Origin: Nitrospirota bacterium
GTDB lineage: Bacteria; Nitrospirota; UBA9217
DNA length: 64,000 bases
NCBI GenBank assembly: GCA_963740085.1
Contig: CAVUCU010000007.1
Span: forward strand, 217,618 to 281,617
Reading direction: 5' to 3'
Translations under genes and position numbers: made by a program
In this document: piece after piece, positions 40,923 to 50,259 of the stretch
Layout: every line of letters starts with the position of its first letter
How positions within the stretch are numbered: position 1 is the stretch's first letter
Notes under the pieces: model-generated
Database searches by the model: none
What the model was told of the DNA's origin: nothing
What the model saw: only the letters and a program-made list of their open reading frames with translations

Positions 40923-41498
40923 ATGAACAACGGGGTAAAGTCAGTGCTGATCGTTCTCGGAGTCATTGCGGTGTTTGCGATCGGGGCCATCATGTACGGT
41001 GTCGGAGAGTACAACAAGGTCGTGGCCATGGACGAGCAGGTCAAGTCGCAGTGGGCGCAGGTTGACAATCAGTTGAAACGGCGCTACGATCTGATCCCGA
41101 ACCTCGTGGAGACCGTGAAAGGCTATGCCACGCATGAAAAAGAGCTGTTCGAGAACCTTGCCAATGCCCGTACGAAATATTTCCAGGCAAACACGGTCAA
41201 TGAAAAGGTCCAATCCTCTCAGCAGGTCGAGGGCTTTCTGTCCCGCCTCCTGGTCCTGCGCGAGACTTATCCCCAGCTCAAGGCGAATGAGAACTTCCTG
41301 AAATTGCAGGACAGCCTCGAGGGTACGGAGAACCGCATCGCCGTTGAGCGCATGCGGTACAATGACACCGTCAAGATCCTCAATACGTACCGGAGAACCG
41401 TGATGGGAAAATTCTTTGCTTCTCTGGCTGGCGTGAACGAGGCCCGGTATTACGAGACCCCGCAGGCGGAGAAGGAAGCACCGAAGGTGAAGTTCTAG
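40923..41498 (+). CDS. lemA: LemA family protein
   Basis: RRYDLIPNLVETVKGYA, YPQLKAN, TENRIAVER and APKVKF motifs. Confidence 0.96.
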   Translation: MNNGVKSVLIVLGVIAVFAIGAIMYGVGEYNKVVAMDEQVKSQWAQVDNQLKRRYDLIPNLVETVKGYATHEKELFENLANARTKYFQANTVNEKVQSSQQVEGFLSRLLVLRETYPQLKANENFLKLQDSLEGTENRIAVERMRYNDTVKILNTYRRTVMGKFFASLAGVNEARYYETPQAEKEAPKVKF

Positions 41499-41530
41499 TA
41501 ACCGCGAATATCTTTTTCTGGATGCATCCC

Positions 41531-41570
41531 GAGCCTGTTGAGCGAGTGATCCGCGAGACGGGCTTTTTTT
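41531..41570 (+). terminator. Probable intrinsic terminator after lemA
   Basis: GAGCCTGT...ACGGGCTT stem followed by a T tract. Confidence 0.55.
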
Positions 41571-41580
41571 GTGCTCAAAG

Positions 41581-43221
41581 CTATAGGGCCTTCGCCACTG
41601 CCTCCTGCCTGGCCGGGGACGACTGCGAGAGGTCCTCGAACGCGGACATGGCCGCGATGGACCCGTGCGAGACCGCGACGACTATCTGCTTCGGCGCGCC
41701 GGTGATGTCTCCGGCGGCGTACACATTCGGCATGGACGTCCGCATGGTCATCAGGTCGGTCTTGATGTATCCCTGATCATCCAGTTCGAGTCCGAGCTGC
41801 TTTGCGATCTCGTTTTGCGGAACATAACCGATGGCCACGAACACGCCATCCACAGGCATCTCCGATATCTTGCCGGTCTTGTTGTCCTTGATCTTGACGG
41901 CTTGTACGATCTTGCCGCCCGATATCTCATGCACCTCGCTGTCCCACAGGGCAGGGATCCCTGACTGCTTGAAGCTTTCCTGAAGCCTTGTCTCCGCGCG
42001 AAGAGTATCGCGCCAATGCACGAGGGTCACCTTTGCGCCGAGGTTGTGAAGATAGAGCGCGTCCGTGACCGCCGTATTGCCTCCACCCACCACCAGGACC
42101 GATTTGCCATCTTTAAAGAAGTAGCCGTCGCAGGTAGCGCAGTAGCTTACTCCCCTGCCGAAGAATCTCTGAGTTCCAACCGCTTCGAGCGCGCGGTTGT
42201 CAACGCCGGTTGCGATCAACACCCCTCGGGTAATATAGATAGCGTGGTTCGTTTTAAGATGGATCTTTCCGTCCTGCGGGTCTTTTGCCACCTCGGTCAC
42301 ATATTCGCCGACATGAAGCTCCGCATACTGGGCTGCCTGCTGCGCCATGAGATCAATGAGACTCTTGCCGCCGATGCGCATGAACCCCGGGTAGTTCTCC
42401 ACGACCGGCGTGATCATCACCTGGCCGCCGAGGTTGCCTTTTTCGATCACCACGGAGTCGAGTCCGGCCCGCACGGCGTATATCGCAGCCGTGAGCCCCG
42501 CAGGTCCTCCACCGATGATGACCAGATCCTTATTTACCGGTTCTCCCGAGATCTGCGTTGATGCCGTCAGAGGCTCCTTGAGGGTCAGGAGAGATTCCAT
42601 GAACAGCGGCTCCGGTTGAAGTCCGGCTCCGGTAAAGGTATTGTTCATGAATGTTTGCGGCACGGCAAGGGATCCGAGGCCTTCCGCAAGGTCCCGGTTC
42701 TCGTAGATCTCGACAGCCTCCGCAGACACGAGGTCGGGCTTCACCATTGCAGCGGAAATTGCAGTGAGGACCTGCAGCGGACAATAGGGACACGTGGGGC
42801 TGACAAAGACCTGGATGTCCCGTTTTTCATGCAACTGTTCGGTTATCTGCGTGATCGCTGGTTGGGAAAGGAGGGGCTTTCCCGTGGAGGCCATCATAAT
42901 GGCCGTGAAAAATGAACGGCCCTCCTCTCCCACGGGTGCGCCGGTGAACCTGATGCGATACTTGTCAGGTGCGATGAGTATCGACGGCGAGCGGGTCACG
43001 TTGCGTTTGACGGACCGCTCATCGCCGATGGTATGGAACGTCACCTTGAGTTTCTCCGAAAGCGGGGCAAGGGCCTTCAGCAGGGCCAAAGCGGCTTCAT
43101 TGAACTCATCATTCTTGCCGCTTTCGGTAAAAACCTCGATGGCGACGTCTTCCTTGAGCGTCTCCTGAAAGGTCTCTTTAATGGTCTGTTTTATATCGTC
43201 CGGGATGATTTCCTCTGCCAT
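41581..43221 (-). CDS. Thioredoxin-disulfide reductase with N-terminal thioredoxin-fold (AhpF/PDO-like) domains
   Basis: CPYC in the second Trx fold; GGGPAG, CATC, GGGNTA and YAAGD motifs. Confidence 0.9.
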   Translation of the reverse strand: MAEEIIPDDIKQTIKETFQETLKEDVAIEVFTESGKNDEFNEAALALLKALAPLSEKLKVTFHTIGDERSVKRNVTRSPSILIAPDKYRIRFTGAPVGEEGRSFFTAIMMASTGKPLLSQPAITQITEQLHEKRDIQVFVSPTCPYCPLQVLTAISAAMVKPDLVSAEAVEIYENRDLAEGLGSLAVPQTFMNNTFTGAGLQPEPLFMESLLTLKEPLTASTQISGEPVNKDLVIIGGGPAGLTAAIYAVRAGLDSVVIEKGNLGGQVMITPVVENYPGFMRIGGKSLIDLMAQQAAQYAELHVGEYVTEVAKDPQDGKIHLKTNHAIYITRGVLIATGVDNRALEAVGTQRFFGRGVSYCATCDGYFFKDGKSVLVVGGGNTAVTDALYLHNLGAKVTLVHWRDTLRAETRLQESFKQSGIPALWDSEVHEISGGKIVQAVKIKDNKTGKISEMPVDGVFVAIGYVPQNEIAKQLGLELDDQGYIKTDLMTMRTSMPNVYAAGDITGAPKQIVVAVSHGSIAAMSAFEDLSQSSPARQEAVAKAL

Positions 43222-43320
43222 GGCACCCTCGTGAAACGTATTCAGACATCAATGATCAGGAGCCGGATATATTTTTCAACTTCTGACTCCCGACTTCTGT
43301 CTCCTGTCTCCCGCCTTCTA

Positions 43321-43878
43321 TTACTTGATCCTCCGCGACATGGCCTTGAACTCCTCCGTGCCGGCCACTTTTAAGAGCTGGAACAAGACCGTCTCGGTGC
43401 AGGTCACGACACCGCCAGCCTCGCGCATGAACTCCATTCCGATCTTCCAGTTCTCCTTGGTGCGTGAACAGATCGCGTCCTGCACGACGTGGACATTGAT
43501 ACCGCCTTTAAGCAGCCCGATGCATGTCTGGAGCACGCAGATGTGCGTCTCCATGCCTGTCAGCACGACGCTTCTTTTATTGTGCTCCTTGAGTTCCTCA
43601 AGGAACGAAGGCTGGCCGCAGCAATCGAAGGTCATCTTCTCCACAGGACGGTAGAACGGCAACGCCTCCCGGATCTCCGGAACGGTCGCGCCGAGTCCCT
43701 TGGGATACTGCTCTGTCACCATGACCGGCATGTGGATCATCTTGGCGAGTTCGACCAGGTGCAAGTTGTTCCTGACGACCTTGTCCCTTTCCTTCATAAC
43801 TGCCGCAAGCTTGTCCTGAATATCGACGATCAGAAGGACCGTATCTTCCTTATCAATAAAAAATTTGTCCAATGTCAT
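43321..43878 (-). CDS. Isochorismatase-family hydrolase
   Basis: IVDIQDKL, TEQYPKGLG, EKMTF and GMETHICVLQT motifs. Confidence 0.92.
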   Translation of the reverse strand: MTLDKFFIDKEDTVLLIVDIQDKLAAVMKERDKVVRNNLHLVELAKMIHMPVMVTEQYPKGLGATVPEIREALPFYRPVEKMTFDCCGQPSFLEELKEHNKRSVVLTGMETHICVLQTCIGLLKGGINVHVVQDAICSRTKENWKIGMEFMREAGGVVTCTETVLFQLLKVAGTEEFKAMSRRIK

Positions 43879-44026
43879 AATGCTGTTCGTCCCCTTAGTT
43901 ACTAAAGAATCAAATTCTACACAAAATGGCGAGAAAATTTACCGCGAAGACCCGGAGGACGCAAAGGACGTCAAAACAAAATAAATCTTGTAATTCAAGT
44001 TTTCCTCGCAATCTTCGCGGATTTCT

Positions 44027-44054
44027 TAAGTGGCCGCTTTTCTTTCATAGGCCA
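44027..44054 (+). repeat. Dispersed 28-nt mini-element, copy 2
   Basis: Identical to 18742-18769. Confidence 0.9.
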
Positions 44055-44139
44055 TAGCGGTTCAAATGTTTAAATCCGGCTTCTCCGGGTTAGGGTAGAC
44101 CCGTTTTGTGCGCCGCTTTTCATGCCTCAATCTAACCAT

Positions 44140-44156
44140 ACCGGCAGCCTGCCGGT
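44140..44156 (-). promoter_or_regulatory. SECIS-like hairpin for the C-terminal UGA of the glutaredoxin-like selenoprotein
   Basis: ACCGGCA[GGC]UGCCGGU, a perfect 7-bp stem starting 11 nt after UGA70, with a G-first loop. Confidence 0.75.
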
Positions 44157-44158
44157 CG

Positions 44159-44377
44159 TCAGACCCCTCACGAACCGCCTTCATAGCCAATGGAGACCTT
44201 GTCATACTCCACGATTACCGGGACCTTCCTTGCGCCTTTTGTATACGTCAGCATTTCATCCAGTTTCGCGCTGTCAGCCTTCACGTCATAATACACAGCT
44301 TTACTCCCGTAGACCAACCTGGCCTTATCAGTATGCGGTCAGCCGGCCTTCCCGAAGATCATCACCTTCTCTGTCAT
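44159..44377 (-). CDS. Glutaredoxin-like double selenoprotein, Uxx-star type (not in the ORF track)
   Basis: RBS GGAGAGG; translation MTEKVMIFGKAG-U-PHTDKAR...RKVPVIVEYDKVSIGYEGGS-U-GV*. In-frame TGAs at 44339-44341 and 44168-44170 are each followed by a SECIS-like hairpin. Confidence 0.88.
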
Positions 44378-44469
44378 CGGTCCTCTCCTCTCCGCGAAGC
44401 GAGATCGTATGTTTATATAATATCATTTTGCGGATGCAAAAGTAACTATTTTACGATACAATTGTAAAC

Positions 44470-45123
44470 GTGATTTCAGACGGAACAAATCCCACGGCAA
44501 GTTTGTCATATAGTAGTAAAGAGAGCGTCGCTTCCGGTTCGGATGACGACGCAACACTCGTATCATCTGCACAAACAGGCGATCTGCAGGCTTTTGAACA
44601 GCTCGTAACAAAGCACCAGAAAAAGATGCTCAACATCGCTTATCGCCTGATCGGGGATCATGACGATGCATGCGAGGTCGTGCAGGACGCCTTTGTCTCC
44701 GCCCATAAGAATATCAGGATGTTCCGGGGGGATGCAAAATTCACTACCTGGCTCACGACGATAACCCTGAACCTGTCGAAGAACCGGCTTAAACAGGTGA
44801 GGACCCGGCAGAGCCATGAGGCCTATTCCCTGAATGATCCGATCCAGACCGATGGCGGCACGATGACCCTTGACCCTCCGTCAAAGGAACTCTCCGCGCT
44901 GGAGAGCATGGAAAAGCGGGATATCCGGACAAAGGTGCAGGACTGCATTAAGGCGCTGGATACGGATTTTCGGGAAGTTCTCATCCTTCGGGATATGCAG
45001 GAGTTTTCGTATGAAGAGATCGGGAACATGCTCAAAGTCCGCGAGGGCACGGTCAAGTCGCGGCTGTTCAGGGCAAGAGATATGGTCAAGGATTGTTTGA
45101 AGCGGTTCATGGGAGAACTTTGA
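44470..45123 (+). CDS. ECF RNA polymerase sigma factor (RpoE-like); start uncertain
   Basis: GDLQAFEQLV, EVVQDAF, FTTWL and SYEEIG...GTVKSRLFRAR motifs. Confidence 0.93.
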   Translation: MISDGTNPTASLSYSSKESVASGSDDDATLVSSAQTGDLQAFEQLVTKHQKKMLNIAYRLIGDHDDACEVVQDAFVSAHKNIRMFRGDAKFTTWLTTITLNLSKNRLKQVRTRQSHEAYSLNDPIQTDGGTMTLDPPSKELSALESMEKRDIRTKVQDCIKALDTDFREVLILRDMQEFSYEEIGNMLKVREGTVKSRLFRARDMVKDCLKRFMGEL

Positions 45124-45130
45124 CCGACGT

Positions 45131-45166
45131 TCTCCTCTCCCCTTGCGGGAGAGGCTGGGTGAGGGG
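45131..45166 (+). repeat. Solo palindromic repeat related to the DUF559 element ends
   Basis: TCTCCTCTCCCCTTGCGGGAGAGGCTGGGTGAGGGG between the sigma and anti-sigma genes. Confidence 0.7.
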
Positions 45167-45172
45167 TATTCA

Positions 45173-46208
45173 ATGAAACATAACGACATCCGACATAGAT
45201 TGTCCGAATATATAGACGGGTCGGTCGCTGCGGAAGAAAAGGCGGAGATAGAGGCGCATCTCAAGACCTGCACACAGTGCAGCGATGCGCTCTCTGAACT
45301 CCAAAAGACCATTGAACATATCAAGACCGTCGATGAGATCGAGCCGCCCTCATGGATGACACAGAAGATCATGGCAAAGGTGCGTGCGGAGGTTGGTGAA
45401 AAGAAATCTCTCTTCCAGAAACTATTCTACCCATTAGCAGTCAAGATCCCGATCCAGGCCATTGCGGTCCTGTTCCTCGCCGTCACCGGGTTCTATATCT
45501 ATCAGAACATTCAGCCGGCAGAAAGAACATCCGAAGCGCCGAACCAGGAGGTCGCTGCCAAAAAGCCGGTTCCTCCGACAGGCACTGCACAGGATAAACT
45601 TGCTAAAGCGGATAGACCTGCTGTTCGCTCAGAGCAGGTTCCGCAAACACCGGCGTATAAATCTTTGGACATGAAACAGGAATACGAGAAACCTCCGCTG
45701 CCAAAGCTCCAAGGCCAAGCGACAGCACCAGCCGCCGCTCCGGCAGCTCCTGTCATGCCGGCTGAGCAGCCCATGCCCGCTAAAAAAAATGTCGCCTCAC
45801 TCAAAGCTGCTGCGCCGCAAGCAGGAGCAGGCGCTCCCGCAGCCATGTCGGGGCAGGCGACCGGTATTGCGCCGCATGCGGAAAAGAAATCAAAATCCAC
45901 GTGTACCAATGCAGCGAGCATTAAATGTGGCACCAGCTGATGCGGCTGGTTCCGTGATCAGCGTACGGGTCAATGACATTGACGCTTCCGTACGGGAACT
46001 TGAGCAATCAGTTAAGCAGCTCGGAGGATCGATTCAGAAGAAGGACCTTCCCAATGCGAAGAGAATCTATGAAATTTCGATCGATGCTCAGAAGCTTCAG
46101 CAGCTCAGGGAAAAGCTGAAACGTATCGGCGATGTCGGTGATGAGACAAGGACGCCTTTATCGCAGGACGGCCACGTAGTAGTAAGAATTGAATTTGTAT
46201 CGAACTGA
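45173..46208 (+). CDS. Zinc-finger anti-sigma factor (zf-HC2, TM, low-complexity linker, C-terminal domain), with a frameshift near 45900
   Basis: LSEYIDG...HLKTCTQC and a TM helix; the C-terminal domain continues in ORF 45789-46208. Confidence 0.8.
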
Positions 46209-46306
46209 GATAGGACAGCGCACTTTTCTGCGACCTTCTCGATAAGTCAGCTCATGCATTGTTAGATTTCTAAAATCCTCCCATAAATTTTATTCGTTAG
46301 TCTTCG

Positions 46307-46334
46307 GGAACTTTTCCGCCCCTCCCCTGTCTAA
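46307..46334 (+). promoter_or_regulatory. ECF (sigma-E-type) promoter upstream of the DUF4139 gene
   Basis: GGAACTT-N16-TCTAA. Confidence 0.75.
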
Positions 46335-46376
46335 TGGACCAGAAGCAGTTAAATCCATTGGCACAGGAGGCCCGTC

Positions 46377-47835
46377 ATGAAGATCAAGCATCTTGTCTTA
46401 GTTCTGTCAGTTATGTTCTTCGCAAACATCAATATGTGTCCGGTTTCCGCCTCAGTCAAACAAGAAGTCAAGACCCCAACGACCTCAAGCACGCTGGATG
46501 ACCAGACCGGCGTAGCGCTAACCATTTACAACGTAAATCTCGGCCTGGTCAAGGACCAGCGCGCCATCAAGCTGTTCAAAGGCATCGGCGACCTGCGGTT
46601 CATGGACGTGGCCTCGCAGATCATGCCCACGAGCGTGCATATCAAATCACTCATTAATCCGGACACCCTCCAGGTACTGGAGCAGAACTATGAGTATGAC
46701 CTGCTGAACCCCCAGAAGCTGCTCGACAAATACGTAGGCAAAGAGGTGAAGCTCTACACGAAGAACCCCTATACTGAACGGGAAGAGGTCGTGAATCGCC
46801 ACGCTGCTTTCGAACAACGGCCAGCCCATCTTCAAAATAGGCGATGAGATCACCTTCGGGCACCCCGGCAGGATCGTCTTCCCCGGCGTGCCGGAGGACC
46901 TCAATGCCAAGCCGACCCTTGTCTGGATGCTCGACAACGACCTGCCATCAACGCAGAAGATCGAGGCCACCTACCTTACGAATGGCATCAACTGGCGGTC
47001 GGATTATGTGGTGACGCTGAATGACCGGGATGACAGGGCCGACCTCTCGGGCTGGGTGACCATCGATAACCACAGCGGCGCAACGTATAAAAACGCGAAG
47101 CTCAAACTCGTTGCCGGAGATGTGAATCGGGCGAAAAACGAGTTTGAATATAAAGACAAGATGATGCGTGTTGCGGAAGGAGCCGCAAAAGCTGCAGCGC
47201 CGCAGTTCAAGGAAGATTCGTTCTTCGAATACCATATCTATACCCTTGAGCGGCCTGCCACCGTGAAAAACAACCAGACCAAGCAGATCAGCCTGGTGAC
47301 TGCCGATAATATTCCGGTAAAGAAAGAGCTCCTGTACTATGGAGCGAACTATTATTACTACAATCACTATGGCGAAGCCATGTCGAACCAGAAGATCGGC
47401 GTGTTCGTCGAGATCCGGAACAAGAAAGAGAACAATCTCGGGATACCGCTGCCAAAGGGTACCGTCAGGGTCTACAAGGCCGACCAGGAAGGCAGCCTCC
47501 AGTTCGTGGGCGAAGACTCGATCGACCATACGCCCAGGGATGAGAAGGTCAGGATCAAGCTCGGCGACGCCTTTGACGTGGTGGGAAGCAGAAAGCAGAC
47601 GGACTGGAAGAAGACAGCATACGATACTTACGAAGCTGCATTTGAGCTATCGCTCCGGAACCACAAGAAGGAAGACGTGGTGGTAAAGGTAGTGGAACCG
47701 ATCCCCGGTGACTGGACGATGCTCTCGTCGTCACATGAATACAGCAAAACCGAGGCATTCACCGCCGAGTTCAATATCCCCGTACCGAAGGACCAGGAGG
47801 TGAAGCTGACGTACCGGGTGAGGATGAGATATTAG
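46377..47835 (+). CDS. DUF4139/DUF4140-type exported protein, with a single +1 frameshift near 46795
   Basis: Signal peptide, LTIYNVNLGLVKD and EQNYEYDLL. Removing one A near 46795 restores ...ATLLSNNGQP...GHPGRIVFPGVPEDL, which joins ORF 46888-47835 (YLTNGINW, PLPKGTVRVY). Confidence 0.85.
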
Positions 47836-47851
47836 GCCAGAGAGGCACAAA

Positions 47852-47883
47852 TCAGCCGCAGCGAAAAAATCCGCTGCGGCTGA
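47852..47883. terminator. Hairpin between convergent genes
   Basis: TCAGCCGCAGCG-loop-CGCTGCGGCTGA, a 12-bp perfect stem. Confidence 0.7.
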
Positions 47884-47913
47884 AATACGTCCCAATAAAA
47901 AAGAGCCGCGAGG

Positions 47914-48219
47914 TTAGCTCTGCTTTAGTTTGGAAAGAAGACTTATAGAAAACACATACCTTGCTCCTTCTTCTTTTCGTACCGCCTGATAGAAGTCACA
48001 GTTGTCGCAAGTATCATATTTCGCTGCAAAAGTACCCTGCACCTTCCCGCCGCACAAGGTGCCTGCGACAACCCAGCACGTCCTTCCGGCATTCTGTCCT
48101 CCATGAATGCCATCCAGTTTGTTTTCAATTGCAACCGGGCAGATACCCAGATCTTTTTCGTGTTCTCCTCCCTTTGTTCGTCCGCATTTCTTCGCTTCCC
48201 AGCAGTTAAGTTTCTTCAA
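47914..48219 (-). CDS. Small Cys-rich two-CW-domain protein
   Basis: TTG start after TAAGGAGG; NCWEAKKCGR...CP...GRTCWVVAGTLCGG...CDNCDFY. Confidence 0.8.
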   Translation of the reverse strand: MKKLNCWEAKKCGRTKGGEHEKDLGICPVAIENKLDGIHGGQNAGRTCWVVAGTLCGGKVQGTFAAKYDTCDNCDFYQAVRKEEGARYVFSISLLSKLKQS

Positions 48220-48335
48220 TATTGAAAACCTCCTTATTTTAAATACGATAACACGCCGTTGCACTATTATCAATAATAAAAACGGGCTTCGTTACGATGT
48301 CTGCTGTTTTGTGAAGATCGGGGGGATGCGTTTCC

Positions 48336-49400
48336 TCATAGCCACTTCTTACGCTTGAAATAAAGGAACATTGAAACGCCGATAACGGACATCCCGACGA
48401 GTGTGTAGAAATACCCGTAGTGCCATTCCAGCTCCGGCATATATTTAAAATTCATCCCGTACACCCCAACAATGAATGTAATCGGCATGAAGATCAGGGA
48501 TATAGCCGTCAGTATCTTCATGACCTCGTTCAGCCGGTTGCTGACGCTCGACAGGTACAGGTCAAGCATGCTGGACAGCATCTCGCGGTAGATGTCTACG
48601 CTGTCGATGATATGGATGGCATGGTCGTAGACATCTCTGAGATAGGGTGCGGTGGATTCCCGGATCAGCGATGACTCATGCTTGCCCAGGCCGCTGACAA
48701 CCTCACGGAGCGGCCACACGGCATTGTGCAAAAAGATCATCTCTCGCTTTAATTGATAGATCTTCTGGACGGTCTTCTGCGTTGGCTGTTCGATCAACTC
48801 TGTTTCGAGCATTTCGATCTTGTCGCCAAACTTTTCCAGGATCACGAAGTAATTGTCCACCACCGCGTCAATGAGCGCGTAGGCAAGATAGTCGGCCTTC
48901 ATTTTCCGGATGCGGCCCTTGTTGGTCCGGAGATGATCGCGGATCAGATTAAAAACATCCCCTTCGATCCCCTCCTGAAAGGAAAGAACGAAGTTCGCGC
49001 CGAGTACGAGACTGACCTGCTCGGTAATGACCTCTCCAGTCTTCCCGCTCGCGAGCATCTTGAGCACTATGTAGAGATATTCGCCGTAGTCCTCCATTTT
49101 CGGCCGCTGGTCCGTGTTCATGATGTCTTCCATCACGAGCCGGTGGAGGCCGAAACATTCGCCGAGCTTTTCGAGCACCTGGACATTATGGACACCGTCA
49201 ACATTGATCCAGGTCACCGTTGGCTTGTCCCTGAACGGGAGACAGGCATCGACGGTTGCCTTCTCTATCTCTTGAAAGTTCGCCTCATCATAATCGATGA
49301 TATTGATCTTGACCTGCTCGTCCTTCTTCTCCCCGGTATACACCAGCGTTCCGGAAGGAAGGCCTGCTTTTTTGGTCCTTTTTTTAGTGAGTGCGCGCAT
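48336..49400 (-). CDS. corA: Magnesium/cobalt transporter
   Basis: QRPKME, YLRDVYD and YGMNF signature with two C-terminal TM helices. Confidence 0.97.
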   Translation of the reverse strand: MRALTKKRTKKAGLPSGTLVYTGEKKDEQVKINIIDYDEANFQEIEKATVDACLPFRDKPTVTWINVDGVHNVQVLEKLGECFGLHRLVMEDIMNTDQRPKMEDYGEYLYIVLKMLASGKTGEVITEQVSLVLGANFVLSFQEGIEGDVFNLIRDHLRTNKGRIRKMKADYLAYALIDAVVDNYFVILEKFGDKIEMLETELIEQPTQKTVQKIYQLKREMIFLHNAVWPLREVVSGLGKHESSLIRESTAPYLRDVYDHAIHIIDSVDIYREMLSSMLDLYLSSVSNRLNEVMKILTAISLIFMPITFIVGVYGMNFKYMPELEWHYGYFYTLVGMSVIGVSMFLYFKRKKWL

Positions 49401-49407
49401 GGAGGCT

Positions 49408-50259
49408 TTACAAGAACTCCTTAAGCGTTACCTCGATCTTCTTCATGTCAAAGGCCTGATGCACGAGAGGTTTCTCTTTGATCATCGGAACGCGCTCTTC
49501 AAATGTGGGCCGGTCATTGCGATAGATGACGCCGATGGGAATACGGTCACCCCACTCGAGCGCCCTTGCGAATGCGGTCTTTCGGTCTTCGGGGTCATAC
49601 CCGGGCTCGATATGATAAACACGCTGTTTGTACCAGTCATAGGTGTTCACCTTGTTGAAGGAAACGCAGGGTTGAAGAATATCGAGGAGGGCAAACCCTT
49701 CGTGCATGATCGCTTCCTTCATGAGATCTTTAAGATGGTCCAGATCGCCTGCATACCCGCGCGCTGCAAATCCGCAGTCAAGCGCAACTGCGAGGGCCAT
49801 GGGGTTGAACTGTTCCGAGAGCACGCCGAAGGGCATGTTCCTGGTCACCACCCCTTCGCCCGTTGTGGGAGACGCCTGCCCCTTGGTCAGGCCGTAGACC
49901 TGGTTGTCGTGCACGAACAGTTTCACATTTATGTTCCTTCGCATGGCGGCCAGAAGATGGTTGCCTCCTTCGCCGTAGCAGTCGCCGTCGCCGGTGGTGA
50001 CGATCACCGGCATCTCGTGGTTCGCAAGCCTGATGCCCGTGGCAACCGGAAGGGCCCTGCCGTGAAGGCCGTTATAAGTATTGCACCTCGTGTAGTGGGG
50101 GAACTTCGCGGCCTGCCCGATACCGGAGACGATCGTGAACTGATGCGGCTCCCAGTTGAGTTCCACCATCGTGTCCTTGAACGCCTTCATGATCGCGAAA
50201 TTGCCGCATCCCGGACACCAGGCCGGGACCTGTCCTCTATACGTTTCTAAGGTGGCCAT
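49408..50259 (-). CDS. 2-oxoacid:ferredoxin oxidoreductase beta subunit
   Basis: WCPGCG, GDGD TPP motif, YGLTKGQASPT and QPCVSFN. Confidence 0.95.
   Translation of the reverse strand: MATLETYRGQVPAWCPGCGNFAIMKAFKDTMVELNWEPHQFTIVSGIGQAAKFPHYTRCNTYNGLHGRALPVATGIRLANHEMPVIVTTGDGDCYGEGGNHLLAAMRRNINVKLFVHDNQVYGLTKGQASPTTGEGVVTRNMPFGVLSEQFNPMALAVALDCGFAARGYAGDLDHLKDLMKEAIMHEGFALLDILQPCVSFNKVNTYDWYKQRVYHIEPGYDPEDRKTAFARALEWGDRIPIGVIYRNDRPTFEERVPMIKEKPLVHQAFDMKKIEVTLKEFL

Noticed and set aside
44108-44467. Plus-strand ORFs 44108-44467 and 44122-44445
   Set aside because: They are antisense to the better-supported selenoprotein gene, which has an RBS, a glutaredoxin motif and two SECIS-like hairpins.
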